A stretch of 63,974 nucleotides of DNA, filler included, from an uncultured Myxococcia bacterium (GTDB lineage: Bacteria; CAZTWC01), in assembly GCA_964617105.1 (NCBI GenBank). It is 7 parts of 7 records of this genome, joined end to end, with 100 filler letters (N's around TTAATTAATTAA, not from the genome) between each part and the next. Parts side by side here need not be neighbours in the genome. Positions count along the whole stretch, not along the records: positions 28,278 to 37,536 come from CAZTWC010000143.1; positions 37,637 to 46,833 come from CAZTWC010000144.1; 5 more parts are not named here. One strand, 5' to 3'. The position numbers and the translations under genes are program-made. Within the stretch, counting starts at the first letter, position 1. Each line of letters begins with the position of its first letter. The notes beneath the pieces were generated by a model. That model worked only from the letters and a program-made list of their open reading frames with translations. It had not been told where the DNA came from and searched no databases. Of the stretch, positions 29,644-40,409 are shown in pieces.

Positions 29644-30852
29644 TTATTTGAGCCTGGGCAAAACCATATTTAAAAGTTGCCCTGCCACTTCTTGCTTGGA
29701 CATTAGTGGCAATAATTTTTCTTTCTCCTGGCAGATAACCGTTACAATATTGGTGTCTACTTCAAACCCAGCGCCCTTTTGGGTTACATCGTTAGCTACA
29801 ATCATGTCCAATTTTTTGTTTTTCAATTTTTCTCTGGCCCGGTGCCGGGGATCGCCGGTTTGGGCGGCAAAGCCCACCACCACCTGGGGTCTATTTTTGA
29901 GGTTTGCCACGATATCTTGATTGCGGGTTAGTTTAATTGAGGTCATCTCCTCTTTTTTTAGTTTATCAACACTTAACTGTTCCGGTCGAAAATCAGCCAC
30001 CGCCGCGGTCATAAACAAAACATCCACCCGTTCTTGGCATAAATGGTTAAGTTGCGTTTTCATCTCCTGGGCGCTTTCCACTTTGAACAGTTTGACTCCC
30101 CGGGGCGGGGGTAACTGGACAGGACCGCAGAGTAAAATCGTTTGGGCGCCTCTCCGCTTTGCCTCTTTGGCAATTGCAAAACCCATTTTTCCAGAGGAGC
30201 GATTGGAGATAAAGCGAACCGGGTCTATGGCTTCCCTGGTGGGGCCGGCCGTTACCACAATGGTTTTACCTTTATAATCTTTTGGATAGAGTGCGGTTAT
30301 GGCTTTCTCCAGGATATTTTTCGGCTCCATCATCCTTCCGGCGCCCATTTTCCCAGAGGCCAGCGGCCCGCTTTCTGGAAGGCAAAATGTCACGGCCCGC
30401 TTTTTAAGGCGTTCTATATTTTCTTGAGTAGCAGGATGTTCATACATCCTGGTTTCCATGGCTGGGCAGATTAAAATTTGGCAGTCCAGGGCCAGAGTGA
30501 TAGTGGTCAAAAGATCATCGGCAATACCATTAGCAATTTTGGCTATATAATTGGCGGTGGCCGGGACAATGATGGCCAAGTCGGCCCAATAGGCGGCTTC
30601 AATATGCTCCACTCCCAGGCTGGACGGGTGGAAAAGGTTGACTATTACTTTGTTGCCGGTGATAGCGGAAAAAGTGGCCGGACCAACGAAATTGGTGGCT
30701 GCTTCGGTCATAACCACCCTGACTCTCCCGCCGTTTTTAATCAGCCGCCGCACCAATTCTACAGATTTGTAAGCCGCTATACCTCCGGTGATACCCACCA
30801 GAAAATTTTTATTGGCAAATATTTCTTTTGTATCCATAACTATTTCATACAT
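29644..30852 (-). CDS. coaBC: Bifunctional phosphopantothenoylcysteine decarboxylase/ligase
   Basis: 'GITGGIAAYK', 'PATAN', 'PAM', 'TAGPTREAIDPVRFISNRSSGKMG'. Confidence 0.96.
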   Translation of the reverse strand: MYEIVMDTKEIFANKNFLVGITGGIAAYKSVELVRRLIKNGGRVRVVMTEAATNFVGPATFSAITGNKVIVNLFHPSSLGVEHIEAAYWADLAIIVPATANYIAKIANGIADDLLTTITLALDCQILICPAMETRMYEHPATQENIERLKKRAVTFCLPESGPLASGKMGAGRMMEPKNILEKAITALYPKDYKGKTIVVTAGPTREAIDPVRFISNRSSGKMGFAIAKEAKRRGAQTILLCGPVQLPPPRGVKLFKVESAQEMKTQLNHLCQERVDVLFMTAAVADFRPEQLSVDKLKKEEMTSIKLTRNQDIVANLKNRPQVVVGFAAQTGDPRHRAREKLKNKKLDMIVANDVTQKGAGFEVDTNIVTVICQEKEKLLPLMSKQEVAGQLLNMVLPRLK

Positions 30853-30976
30853 AATATAAAGGTATTATGCAACCAAAATACGTCCCATTATTCCAGGCAT
30901 TAAAAACTAATAAAATGCCTTGCAATTTATTTTCTTTCCGATAAAGTTAATTAAATAAATCTAAAAGTAGGTCGAT

Positions 30977-31852
30977 ATGAACCCCTTATTTTTAAATAAC
31001 ATACTTATCACTACCGTCCAAAAAGACCGCTTCAATACTCTAATAGAAAAGTGCAAAGACCGGTTTAATATAACTATTGCCTCCAGTGCCTGGGAATTGG
31101 TTTCCTCTATAAGCAACAACAATTGTTACGACCTGTACCTGGTTTGTGACGATACAAAATCTTTGCCATCCATGATAGAGCGAATTGAGGCAGTGGACCC
31201 ATTTGCGGTAATTTATGGATATGCTCCGGCTGATTATAAATTTCAGGAAACCCCTCACTTGAACCAGAATTGTATATGTTCTGAGCAGGATGATGAAAAA
31301 GTTCTTGAGCATTTAAACCAAATTATTAACCAACTCAATCAACAAGAAGAGGAACGTATACGTAACTTTAACGAAGACGAGAAGGGGCAGTTTATCGCTC
31401 AGTTGCATAAGAAATCGAGCAAAAAAAGGGGTAGTCTGTTTGAGTTTCCTCTGCTGGTGGTGGATGCCGAAACTAGCGAGTTCTGCGTGGCCGATAAGTT
31501 TGGGCGTCACAAAGAAGCCTTCCTGAATTTTCGGGACAAACTTTTGGAGGAAAATGAATACTCGGAAATAGATTTGGCTTTGCGGTTGTGGCGGGCTTTT
31601 ATTTTTAAAAGGGACAATTTTGCCCGGCGCCCGCTGATTTTATTTTACATAGACCTGGAAGATCCTTTTCTGTTTAACAATCCTTATCTTCTAGATGATG
31701 ATGACGAGTTGGAGGAGGAGAGTCGGCGAGTAGATGAATTGCAGCAAAGATATATGCAAAACCTCAAAAAGACCTTTCATTTTTGGCGCCAGTTCAACCA
31801 CTTTATATTGTTAGATATTCACGGCAATTTATTTGAGAGGCCGAATCCATAG
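30977..31852 (+). CDS. Hypothetical cytoplasmic protein (possible degenerate receiver-like N-terminus)
   Basis: 291-aa ORF filling the intergenic space. No recognised family. Confidence 0.6.
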   Translation: MNPLFLNNILITTVQKDRFNTLIEKCKDRFNITIASSAWELVSSISNNNCYDLYLVCDDTKSLPSMIERIEAVDPFAVIYGYAPADYKFQETPHLNQNCICSEQDDEKVLEHLNQIINQLNQQEEERIRNFNEDEKGQFIAQLHKKSSKKRGSLFEFPLLVVDAETSEFCVADKFGRHKEAFLNFRDKLLEENEYSEIDLALRLWRAFIFKRDNFARRPLILFYIDLEDPFLFNNPYLLDDDDELEEESRRVDELQQRYMQNLKKTFHFWRQFNHFILLDIHGNLFERPNP

Positions 31853-31902
31853 TTTTCATTGTAACACCGGAGAAACAGGGCCGGGATAAATCGGGAGATA
31901 AT

Positions 31903-32418
31903 ATGCGAATAGATTATAAAATGGTACCCCAGGTGGCCAATGAAGTAGTGGATGTTTTACTCAAAGAGGAAGATATTGCGGTAGAGCCGGAGTTTTTACG
32001 GGCTGCACAATGCGATCTAGCAGCGCTAATAAAAGAGTTTTTACAGCCCGATAATTATACCTCCGGAGGCGAAGACTGCCTGGAAAACCGCCAACTGTCT
32101 TACGAGCAGATGCACAAGTTAAAACAAGATATTTCCGAAGCCAGGCACTCCTTCAAAGGGGAGGAAGCCACCGAGTGGGTAATAAACAAACTAATAGATT
32201 TTCTGATGATTTCTGATAATTTTGCCGATGTTTTTTCTGAAGATCGCATATTGCGGAAACATATTTTCCAGGTGATAAAAAAATATGAAAATGTTGACGC
32301 CGATTTGGACCTGGAAGCCAGAAAAAAGTTAAAAAATTTGCAGGAAGGTACCCCCACCTGGGACCTGGAATACAAAAAACTAATTGGCCAGTTGCGACGC
32401 TCCAGAAACTACCGGTGA
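31903..32418 (+). CDS. DUF507 family protein
   Basis: 'MRI…V..L', 'SEDRILRKHI', 'LDLEARKKLKNLQEGTPTWDLEYKK'. Confidence 0.8.
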   Translation: MRIDYKMVPQVANEVVDVLLKEEDIAVEPEFLRAAQCDLAALIKEFLQPDNYTSGGEDCLENRQLSYEQMHKLKQDISEARHSFKGEEATEWVINKLIDFLMISDNFADVFSEDRILRKHIFQVIKKYENVDADLDLEARKKLKNLQEGTPTWDLEYKKLIGQLRRSRNYR

Positions 32419-32419
32419 C

Positions 32420-33220
32420 ATGGAAATAAATCTCGCCTTTTATCAATTTTCCCCTCTCTTTAAAAAACCACAAAAAAATTTAGCCAGCATTGGTAAGAGT
32501 TTATCCACTTTGAGGGATACTATCGTGGTTTTACCGGAGTTGTGCCACTGTGGTTATCAGTTCAAAAACCAGGATGAGTTATTGCCCTTTGCCGAAACTG
32601 TGGATAAGGGCCAGACCATCTCTAGCCTGACCCATTTGGCCCGTCAGGGCAATTTGTTGATTATTGCCGGGATAGCCGAGAGAGATGAAAAAAAAATTTA
32701 TAATTCTGCTGTTGCCGTGTCCAGCCAGGGTGTTATAGCCTGCTACCGAAAAGTGCACCTGTTTAATAATGAAAAAGATCTGTTTTCCAGCGGCGATAAT
32801 TTTCAGGTAGTCGATTGGCAAGGCGTTTCGGTGGGGATAATGATCTGTTTTGACTGGTTTTATCCCGAATCGGTGCGAACCCTGGCTCGGAAGGGAGCAG
32901 AAATTATCTGTCATCCGGCCAATTTGGTGTTGCCTTTTTGCCAGGATGCTATGCGAACCCGGGCTATTGAAAATAGGGTGTTTGCCGTAACCGCCAACCG
33001 TACCGGGCTGGAGGATCGCACCGCTCAAGGGCTTGAGCGGCTTCAATTCACCGGATGCAGTCAGGTAGTGGGACCCAGGGGTGAAGTGCTGTTTAGAACA
33101 GGCAGCCAGGAGCAGTTGGAGGGACAGTGCCTGGTTGATCTAGAGCAGGCCAGGGATAAAAATATTACTGCTAATAACAATATATTTTCCGATTTAAGAC
33201 CAGATGCCTACGGTCGATGA
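32420..33220 (+). CDS. Carbon-nitrogen hydrolase (nitrilase family)
   Basis: Catalytic triad motifs 'VLPE', 'YRKVHL', 'ICFDW.YPE'. Confidence 0.92.
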   Translation: MEINLAFYQFSPLFKKPQKNLASIGKSLSTLRDTIVVLPELCHCGYQFKNQDELLPFAETVDKGQTISSLTHLARQGNLLIIAGIAERDEKKIYNSAVAVSSQGVIACYRKVHLFNNEKDLFSSGDNFQVVDWQGVSVGIMICFDWFYPESVRTLARKGAEIICHPANLVLPFCQDAMRTRAIENRVFAVTANRTGLEDRTAQGLERLQFTGCSQVVGPRGEVLFRTGSQEQLEGQCLVDLEQARDKNITANNNIFSDLRPDAYGR

Positions 33221-33243
33221 TAGCGGCGCATTGAGCCCCCCCC

Positions 33244-33939
33244 CTAATATAAAATCACATCCAGGCTGACCGCTACTGCCACATGCAGCAATATCCCATA
33301 CCAAACACTTTTTAATCTAAGGGCTAAAAATCCGAGAATTATTCCGGCCAGCAAAGAACTTATCGTTTCTAATTGGGGTTTCCCATAGTGCAAAAGGGCG
33401 AAGGGGATGGTTTGTATAAAAATGGAGTAATAGCCAAAACGCTTAAATAGTCCAAACAGCATATAGCCCCGAAAGATAAACTCCCAACCGATAAAGTAGA
33501 TGGCGTATCCAACCACAAAGAGTTCCAGGGGCTTCCGGGCATTTTGGCAGAGGGGATAATGATTTGCAAAGGAGGGATGCTGGGAGATTATCAACAAAAT
33601 AGGCAGCATAACCAGGTAAAAAAGGATAAATATAAGGATTCCGGTTTTGTATTTACCAATACCCAGCCCATAATGGCTCAATTTTTTTTTGAATATCAGT
33701 TTTATGGACAGAGCGGGCAAAAAGAGGAGAAAGAAGAAGCTGGCAGAAAACCAATATAAATAGGGTGCTATAGGAGCAAGATGATTGGCGGGGAGCAAAG
33801 AGGCCAAATTTTTACTATAGAAAGCCACCGATCCATTATAGCGAAATAGAATTAGGAATAGGGGAGCTGATAGGAAGATAAAGGTAGTGCCAAAATGAAA
33901 CCGGGATAGGTAAAAGCGGATGGAAGCAGGTAATTTCAC
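33244..33939 (-). CDS. CPBP (Rce1/Abi-like) intramembrane metalloprotease
   Basis: 'WEFIFRG', 'FALLH.GKP..E', 'LLH'. Multi-TM. Confidence 0.85.
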   Translation of the reverse strand: MKLPASIRFYLSRFHFGTTFIFLSAPLFLILFRYNGSVAFYSKNLASLLPANHLAPIAPYLYWFSASFFFLLFLPALSIKLIFKKKLSHYGLGIGKYKTGILIFILFYLVMLPILLIISQHPSFANHYPLCQNARKPLELFVVGYAIYFIGWEFIFRGYMLFGLFKRFGYYSIFIQTIPFALLHYGKPQLETISSLLAGIILGFLALRLKSVWYGILLHVAVAVSLDVILY

Positions 33940-33957
33940 CGGGTGGACAACCAGACT

Positions 33958-35646
33958 TTAGAGAGTTTCGATCATCTTCATGTAGCGCCTGAACGCTTTT
34001 TTGCGCCGGTTGAATTTGTGCAACTGAGCGATATCTTTGTACACTTCCACTAGTTTCTCTTTGGGATATCCCAGCCGTTTGTATAATTGGGCAGATTTGT
34101 CCAGTTCAAAAAAAGCCTCTTGGTAGAAACGTTTGTCTTTTCCATAGAGTTTTCCCACCTGGTGATAAACTTCGGGAAATTGCATCCTTTTAGTAATAGC
34201 AAGTTCAAAGGCGTTCATGGCAGCCTCGCTGGCAGCCTGGGCTTCTTTTCCTTTTTTACGGTCTTTCTTGTAGTTAGTCATCATGGCGATATTTACTAAT
34301 CCCAGATGGTAGTGAATATCTGCGTTCCAGTCTTCTACTTCAACCGCCTTTTGGGCTAACTCGAAGGCATTTGCCAGCACGTTTTCCTGCTCCTGGGCGA
34401 TCTCCTTTTTCTTCGCCTTATCTCTGCGGTTGGTTTTTGCATAATCGGCAATTAGTTTTTTGTTCATTTCTAGATAGAGGTTGACTCCGAATATATAGTA
34501 ACTTCCATCGGGATCAATAGTATTGCCGAAATCTTTAAAGGAGGCTATTCCCTCATCGAATTTCTCATTGGCCATCAAGGCCTTGATATAGTCTTTTTGA
34601 AATCTGGTTATGGATGGCATATCATCGCGGGCGGCTTTTAGGTTCATCAGCGACTCAACCGGTTTATCAAGGGCCAGCAGCACATTACCCCGCAGGTTGT
34701 TATAATCGGAATTAGAAGAATCTGCACCAATAACCAGGTCAACCATTTGTAAGGCTTTTTCAAACTCTTTTTGCTTATAATAACCCATAGCCCTGGCAAA
34801 AGTGGCTCTGGTTTTCAGTTTTGGGGCAAGATCGTTTTGCAGCAACCTATCCAGCACCCGAGCCTGGGGTTCTATCTCTTCATTCAGAATAAAGCAGATT
34901 AAAGCGAAATCGATTTGGCTAAATTCATGTTCACTGTTTAGAGATAGCGCTTTTTTTATAAAGGACTTGGCATTGGTAATCTCATCCCGGTAGAGATAGG
35001 AGTTACCCAGAGCGTAGGCGGCCTTGGTGTAGTCCCAGTCCAGATCGTGGGCTGTGCGGAAATTTTCCAGGGCTGGGTGAAACTTTTTCTGGGCTTTCAG
35101 AATGTAGCCCAGGACAGTGGTAAGACGTCCATGGGTCTTGGTTTTCTTTAAAATAGTTACAATGGTTTTGTAGGCTTTATCCAATTGCCCCGAATACAGG
35201 TAATAATAGGATTCAGCCGCGTATCTTTCCGAGCGTTTGATATCTTCTGCCAGCACCTGGTCCAGGTATTTTTTAGCCTTTGTCTGGTATTCTTCCAGTC
35301 CATAGTTGCCCCAAAGCAAAGTAAAAACTTCGGTTACAGATGCCAAGGCAGCCGGATGGCTATCATCTATTTCCAGGGCTTTCAAATATTTATCAGCAGC
35401 GTATCGTAGGCTTTCTACATCGTCCAGATTGTGTTTTTGCTGACCATCGGTGACCAGCTGGTTGATAGCTTTAACATCTTCGATGTGTTTCCAATACCAT
35501 GCCAGGAGCAATACCATCACTCCACCGATAATCACGATGTCGATGATGGCTTTCAGAATCGGATTCATTTTGGGGGCATTCATTTTTTTGACCACCTGGT
35601 CCAGTTGTTGCTCCGGGATAAATTCTTTTTCAATTTTTTGGGTCAT
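33958..35646 (-). CDS. Membrane-anchored TPR-repeat protein
   Basis: One N-terminal TM followed by repeated TPR-like helices. Confidence 0.75.
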   Translation of the reverse strand: MTQKIEKEFIPEQQLDQVVKKMNAPKMNPILKAIIDIVIIGGVMVLLLAWYWKHIEDVKAINQLVTDGQQKHNLDDVESLRYAADKYLKALEIDDSHPAALASVTEVFTLLWGNYGLEEYQTKAKKYLDQVLAEDIKRSERYAAESYYYLYSGQLDKAYKTIVTILKKTKTHGRLTTVLGYILKAQKKFHPALENFRTAHDLDWDYTKAAYALGNSYLYRDEITNAKSFIKKALSLNSEHEFSQIDFALICFILNEEIEPQARVLDRLLQNDLAPKLKTRATFARAMGYYKQKEFEKALQMVDLVIGADSSNSDYNNLRGNVLLALDKPVESLMNLKAARDDMPSITRFQKDYIKALMANEKFDEGIASFKDFGNTIDPDGSYYIFGVNLYLEMNKKLIADYAKTNRRDKAKKKEIAQEQENVLANAFELAQKAVEVEDWNADIHYHLGLVNIAMMTNYKKDRKKGKEAQAASEAAMNAFELAITKRMQFPEVYHQVGKLYGKDKRFYQEAFFELDKSAQLYKRLGYPKEKLVEVYKDIAQLHKFNRRKKAFRRYMKMIETL

Positions 35647-35846
35647 TTATCTCTCCCTGGTCATCTTTAAGTAATGTCCATCCAAATTTATCTGTCGTGT
35701 TTCGAAATTGATTTTTGAATCTTCACTATACGAATATTTAAACTATAATATATAGCAAAAATAGGAGTGGCTGTCAAGCAGTCTGAAAGTTGAGCATTTC
35801 CGGACAGATACTAAACAGTTTTTTTGGTGAGATTTCTGGAAAGAAT

Positions 35847-37536
35847 CTATATCTCATCCGGAGTTGGTTTGCCCTTGAAAAACCAGTTGACGCCTACCAT
35901 GAAGCGGGTTTTTATTTTAGTACCAAAAGGGTGTTCCCGGTGGTAATTGAACAGGACATTGTAACCGCTCAAATAGGCTTCCAGAGAATCGGGGATGATC
36001 CAATAACCCAGGCGGATATTGGCCAGCAGGTAAGGGTCTAGAGTGGTATGATTCTCTTCGATCTCAGCGGTAAGGGTATTCAGGTAAGTTAATGGCCAGG
36101 TTCTGGAACTCACTCCGTGCATATCCAGATTGGCAGTAAAACCGCTGGCGTGTTCATATTGAACGCCCAGGTTAAATTTGTGAAAAGGGTTTTGTTTTAA
36201 TACATAATATGATTCCTGGGTTTCATCGTATTGCTGAATACTCTGGTACGCGTAATTGGAATAACCACGCAACCATTTGAAAGGGCTGTAGGAGATATTG
36301 ATTTCACCACCCAGGGCGCGGCTTTNNNNNNNNNNGTTGATAAATCCAAGACCGCCAATAGCAAAGGAACCGTCATCCCGTTTGAGTTTGGAGATGGCCC
36401 GGTCGGTTTTTACCGCTATCAGTTGGTCGCGGATAAAGTTCAAAAACAGGTCCAGGTTAATTTTCATTTTTTCCATTGGCGCTATGATATACCCCAACTC
36501 CAGAGAGGTGATATTTTCTGGTTTCAGGTCGGTGCTTCCCCGGGCTTCCAGCACTAGCGAAGATGAGGGTTTGTCGGCAGTATTCAGGATTCTGGCGCTA
36601 AAGAGGGAATAGTTTTCCATGTAGTTAGGGGTTCTGAAGGCGGTGCCCACCGAAAGGCGCAAGGTTTGACTGGGGGTGATGGACCAGATTAGGCTGGTTC
36701 TAGGAGAATGAGTGTCCCCAACATGGGGGTGAAGGTCGAATCTATAACCCAGCACAAAGATGAAATTTTCCCAAAAGCGCAGTTCGTTTTGCATAAAAGC
36801 GGCGTAGTGGTTTTCGGTGTGATCGGCATCGATCATCGCCCACTCCACGGTTTTTAGCCGGTAACTGGCGCCGTATATCAGGTTGTTTTGCCCCCAGAAA
36901 TCAAACTGCAAGGCTGATTGCACCTCTCCATCCACCACGTTGGAAAATACGCTGGAGAGCAGAGGTTGGATTTCATGTACACCAATGGCAGAATATGGAT
37001 TGCCGTGGTCGCTGTCTTGCCGGTTCCAAAATATTTTTACCCGGGTATCCTTGTAATCGTATTGTCCTTTCATAAAAAAGAAGGTGCCTTTTCTAAAGAA
37101 GTAGCCCAGCAAATCGTGAGTATATAATTCAGAATAACCATCGCTAACGCCGCTGGCAAAATTGAATTTGTGCTCTTTAGAATACTGATAGTCGGCCTGC
37201 ATGTTAAAGCGGAGATACTTGAGAGCCAGGTTGTCACTTTCGGAGATATTTTTTTTGTAAACCGTGTCGTTTTGATTGGGATAAAACTCTTTTTCGCCGG
37301 TTGAGGGGTTGGTGAATGAGAAAATGTTGTTGTATTTGGTCCAGCGGTTAAGTTGGTCAAAGCCTAAAGAGGTTTTATAAAATAGTTTGCCGAATTTGCC
37401 GCCGTGGATAATGGATCCGTTCAAGGAGTTATAATTGCCGCTTCTCAGGTTAAAAGAGGTGCCCTCCACATCCTGTGGGCTTTTGGTGATAATGTTGATC
37501 ACTCCGGTAAAAGCGTTGGCACCATACAGGGCTGAT
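35847..37536 (-). CDS. TonB-dependent receptor (5' partial)
   Basis: Plug end 'SALYGANAFTGVINIITK', barrel motifs 'AFRTP', 'LKPE', 'NLGV'. Confidence 0.88.
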
Positions 37537-37636
37537 NNNNNNNNNNNNNNNNNNNNNNNNNNNNNNNNNNNNNNNNNNNNTTAATTAATTAANNNNNNNN
37601 NNNNNNNNNNNNNNNNNNNNNNNNNNNNNNNNNNNN
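37537..37636. other. Artificial contig spacer
   Basis: N run with TTAATTAATTAA. Confidence 0.97.
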
Positions 37637-37826
37637 GGCGTAAAAGCGCCATCTTGGATGGTTGAAAAACAGGTTGAAGAAGATGGCCATTGATTAAAAA
37701 TCTATGATATCAACGATATACGAAAGGTGGCCGAAAAGCGCCAGGTAGATGGGCGTTGAGGCGAAAGAGACTGCCGGCTTAATTGTCATGAAAAATCAAC
37801 GGGTTATGTCCATGGCCGAAAATGGT

Positions 37827-37846
37827 GGTGGCGGATAACCGCCACC
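37827..37846 (-). terminator. Hairpin downstream of lon
   Basis: GGTGGCGG-ATAA-CCGCCACC, weak U tract. Confidence 0.5.
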
Positions 37847-37853
37847 GAGTAGT

Positions 37854-40268
37854 TCAAATATTGTTTTTGGGAGTCTTTTTAAGACAAAAGGTAAATACCT
37901 GGTCCAATTTTTTCACCGGGTGGAATTCCAATTCTTCTCTGACCTGCTCTGGTAGTTCATCCAGGTCTTTTTGATTTTGATTGGGTAGAACTATATGTTT
38001 AATGCCACTTCGATGGGCGGCTAAAAGTTTATCTTTGATACCGCCAACTGGCAGAACCATACCCCGCAAGGTTATCTCACCAGTGAGAGCAACATTGGGT
38101 TTAACCCGGGTACCGGTTAGCAAGGAAACCAGAGCGGTAAAGATAGTTATCCCTGCTGAGGGTCCATCTTTTTGTATTGAGCCGGCTGGAACATGGATAT
38201 GGATATCGTTGTTTTCCATAAAATTTTCTTCTATACCATAATTTATTCCTTTGGAGCGCACGTAACTCAAGGCGGCTTGAGCCGATTCCTGCATTACGTT
38301 GCCCAAAGAGCCGGTCATTATAAGTTTACCCTTACCTTTCATCTTGGTGGCTTCTATATATAGTATATCGCCACCCACCGGAGTCCAGGCCAGACCGGTG
38401 CAGATACCCGGAATACTGGTTCGCTCGGCGTTCTCTTTAAAAAAACGTGGTTGGCCCAGGATTTTGGTCAAAAATTTAGGAGAGATGCTTTTTATTTTTC
38501 TTTTCTCCCCCTCAACTATCCGCACAGCCTTCCAACGGCAGATGGCGGCAATATCTCTCTCCAGGTTACGAACCCCCGCTTCCCTGGTATAGTTGTCAAT
38601 TAAAGAATCAATGGTATTATCTTTAATACTTATAAGGATTTTTTTGAGCCCATGTTCCTTAATTTGTTTGGGAATCAGGTGGCGTTTGGCAATCTCTGCC
38701 TTCTCCTGCAGGGTGTAGCCCGCCATTTCGATCACTTCTGTCCGGTCTTGCAAAGCCGGAGGAATGGTATCCAGCACATTGGCTGTGGCAATGAAAATAA
38801 CCCGGGAAAGGTCGAAGTCTAAATCCAGGTAGTGATCCCTGAAACTGTGGTTTTGTTCCGGGTCCAGCACCTCCAGCAAGGCTGAAGTAGGGTCGCCGCG
38901 CCAGTCGCTGCCTAGTTTGTCCACTTCGTCCAGCATAAACAAGGGGTTATTGGTGCCGGCCCGCTTGATCTCTTGAATAATCCGGCCAGGTAGAGCCCCA
39001 ACGTAGGTTCGACGGTGTCCCCGAATCTCCGCCTCATCTTTAATCCCACCCAAAGACATACGGACAAATTTTCGGTTCAAAGCCAGGGCAATGGATTGTC
39101 CCAGCGAAGTTTTACCAACTCCGGGAGGGCCAACCAGGCACAAAATAGGCCCCTTGGTATCCTGCTTTAGTTTTCTAACCGCCAAAAATTCCAGGATTCG
39201 TTTCTTAACCTTTTGTAACCCGTAGTGATCCTTATCCAAAATCATTCTGGCGTGAGAGATATCGAGATTGTCTTTGCTGGATTTAGCCCAGGGCAAATCA
39301 GCCAACCATTCCAGGTAGGTTCTGGAAACAGTATACTCAGAGGTGGAGGGCAGCATAGTACTTAGCCGCTGTAACTCCTTGTTGGCCTCTTTTTGTGCGT
39401 CGCCGGGTATTTTTGCCCGCTTGAGGCGTTTTTTCAAATCCATGATGTCTGACCCCTCGGCGTCCATCTCGCCCAGTTCATCCTGGATCACCTTCAATTG
39501 CTGCCGCAAAAAATATTCCCGCTGGTTTTTGTCGATGGCTCCTTTGACCTGAGAGGTGATCTCCTTTGACAGACGCAGCACCTCCAGACGGTGGTATAGA
39601 TACTTATAGACAATTTTAATCTGTTGCTTTAAATTACCCTCCTTCAGAATGCGCATTTTTTGCTTCACCGGCAAATCCAGGTTAGCTGAGATCAGGTTGA
39701 CCAACTGTTCCGGTTCATCCAGGTTGGAAACAAATTCCACTGCTCCTTTGGGCACTCCCGGCAGAAGGGCCAGCACCTCTGTGGCCGAGATTTTCAGGTT
39801 ATGCAACAGCGCTTCCAACTCTTCATCCACCACCACTACGCTGTCCAACTTTTCCACCTTAGCAGTTATGTAGGGTTCTGAACTGAGAAACTCGGTTATT
39901 TTAATTCTGGAACCGCCCTGGACAATTGCGTGCTGAGTATCGGGACTAGATTTAAAAATTTTCAATATTTTGGCTACCGTTCCCACAGGAAAAAGATCTT
40001 CGGGGCCGGGGTTGTCGATTTTTGGTTTTTTCTGGCTGAATATTCCCACCACTCCCAAACCTTTGGTGCTTTCGTTGAGCAGACGGATAGATTTTTCCCG
40101 TCCTACAGCCACTGGAATTATGCCGCCCGGAAAGAATACTGAATTGCGCAAAGGTAAAATAGGCAATTCGTCTGGAAGATCGATATCATCTTGTAAATTC
40201 AACTCCAGGATCTCTTCAATCCCGTCGGAAACTATTTTTAAATCAATATCATCTTGTTCGCTGGCCAT
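37854..40268 (-). CDS. lon: Lon protease (endopeptidase La)
   Basis: 'LPLRNSVFFPG', 'GPPGVGKTS', 'LDEVDK', 'HIHVP…KDGPSAG', 'VGGIK.K'. AGGAG RBS at MASEQ. Confidence 0.97.
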   Translation of the reverse strand: MASEQDDIDLKIVSDGIEEILELNLQDDIDLPDELPILPLRNSVFFPGGIIPVAVGREKSIRLLNESTKGLGVVGIFSQKKPKIDNPGPEDLFPVGTVAKILKIFKSSPDTQHAIVQGGSRIKITEFLSSEPYITAKVEKLDSVVVVDEELEALLHNLKISATEVLALLPGVPKGAVEFVSNLDEPEQLVNLISANLDLPVKQKMRILKEGNLKQQIKIVYKYLYHRLEVLRLSKEITSQVKGAIDKNQREYFLRQQLKVIQDELGEMDAEGSDIMDLKKRLKRAKIPGDAQKEANKELQRLSTMLPSTSEYTVSRTYLEWLADLPWAKSSKDNLDISHARMILDKDHYGLQKVKKRILEFLAVRKLKQDTKGPILCLVGPPGVGKTSLGQSIALALNRKFVRMSLGGIKDEAEIRGHRRTYVGALPGRIIQEIKRAGTNNPLFMLDEVDKLGSDWRGDPTSALLEVLDPEQNHSFRDHYLDLDFDLSRVIFIATANVLDTIPPALQDRTEVIEMAGYTLQEKAEIAKRHLIPKQIKEHGLKKILISIKDNTIDSLIDNYTREAGVRNLERDIAAICRWKAVRIVEGEKRKIKSISPKFLTKILGQPRFFKENAERTSIPGICTGLAWTPVGGDILYIEATKMKGKGKLIMTGSLGNVMQESAQAALSYVRSKGINYGIEENFMENNDIHIHVPAGSIQKDGPSAGITIFTALVSLLTGTRVKPNVALTGEITLRGMVLPVGGIKDKLLAAHRSGIKHIVLPNQNQKDLDELPEQVREELEFHPVKKLDQVFTFCLKKTPKNNI

Positions 40269-40374
40269 TAGTAGATCTCCTGAAAGAATAAAAATATCTC
40301 TGTGGCAAATAGGACTAACCCGTGTAGAGGGAAATGTCAAGAGGGTTTTAGATTACCCCCTCACCCATCAAATT

Positions 40375-40402
40375 TTGACAATAGAGCGGTGGGTGCTATA
40401 AT
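40375..40402 (+). promoter_or_regulatory. Consensus sigma-70 promoter with extended -10
   Basis: TTGACA-N16-TATAAT with TG upstream of the -10. ATG lies 7 nt downstream. Confidence 0.75.
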
Positions 40403-40409
40403 TAATACT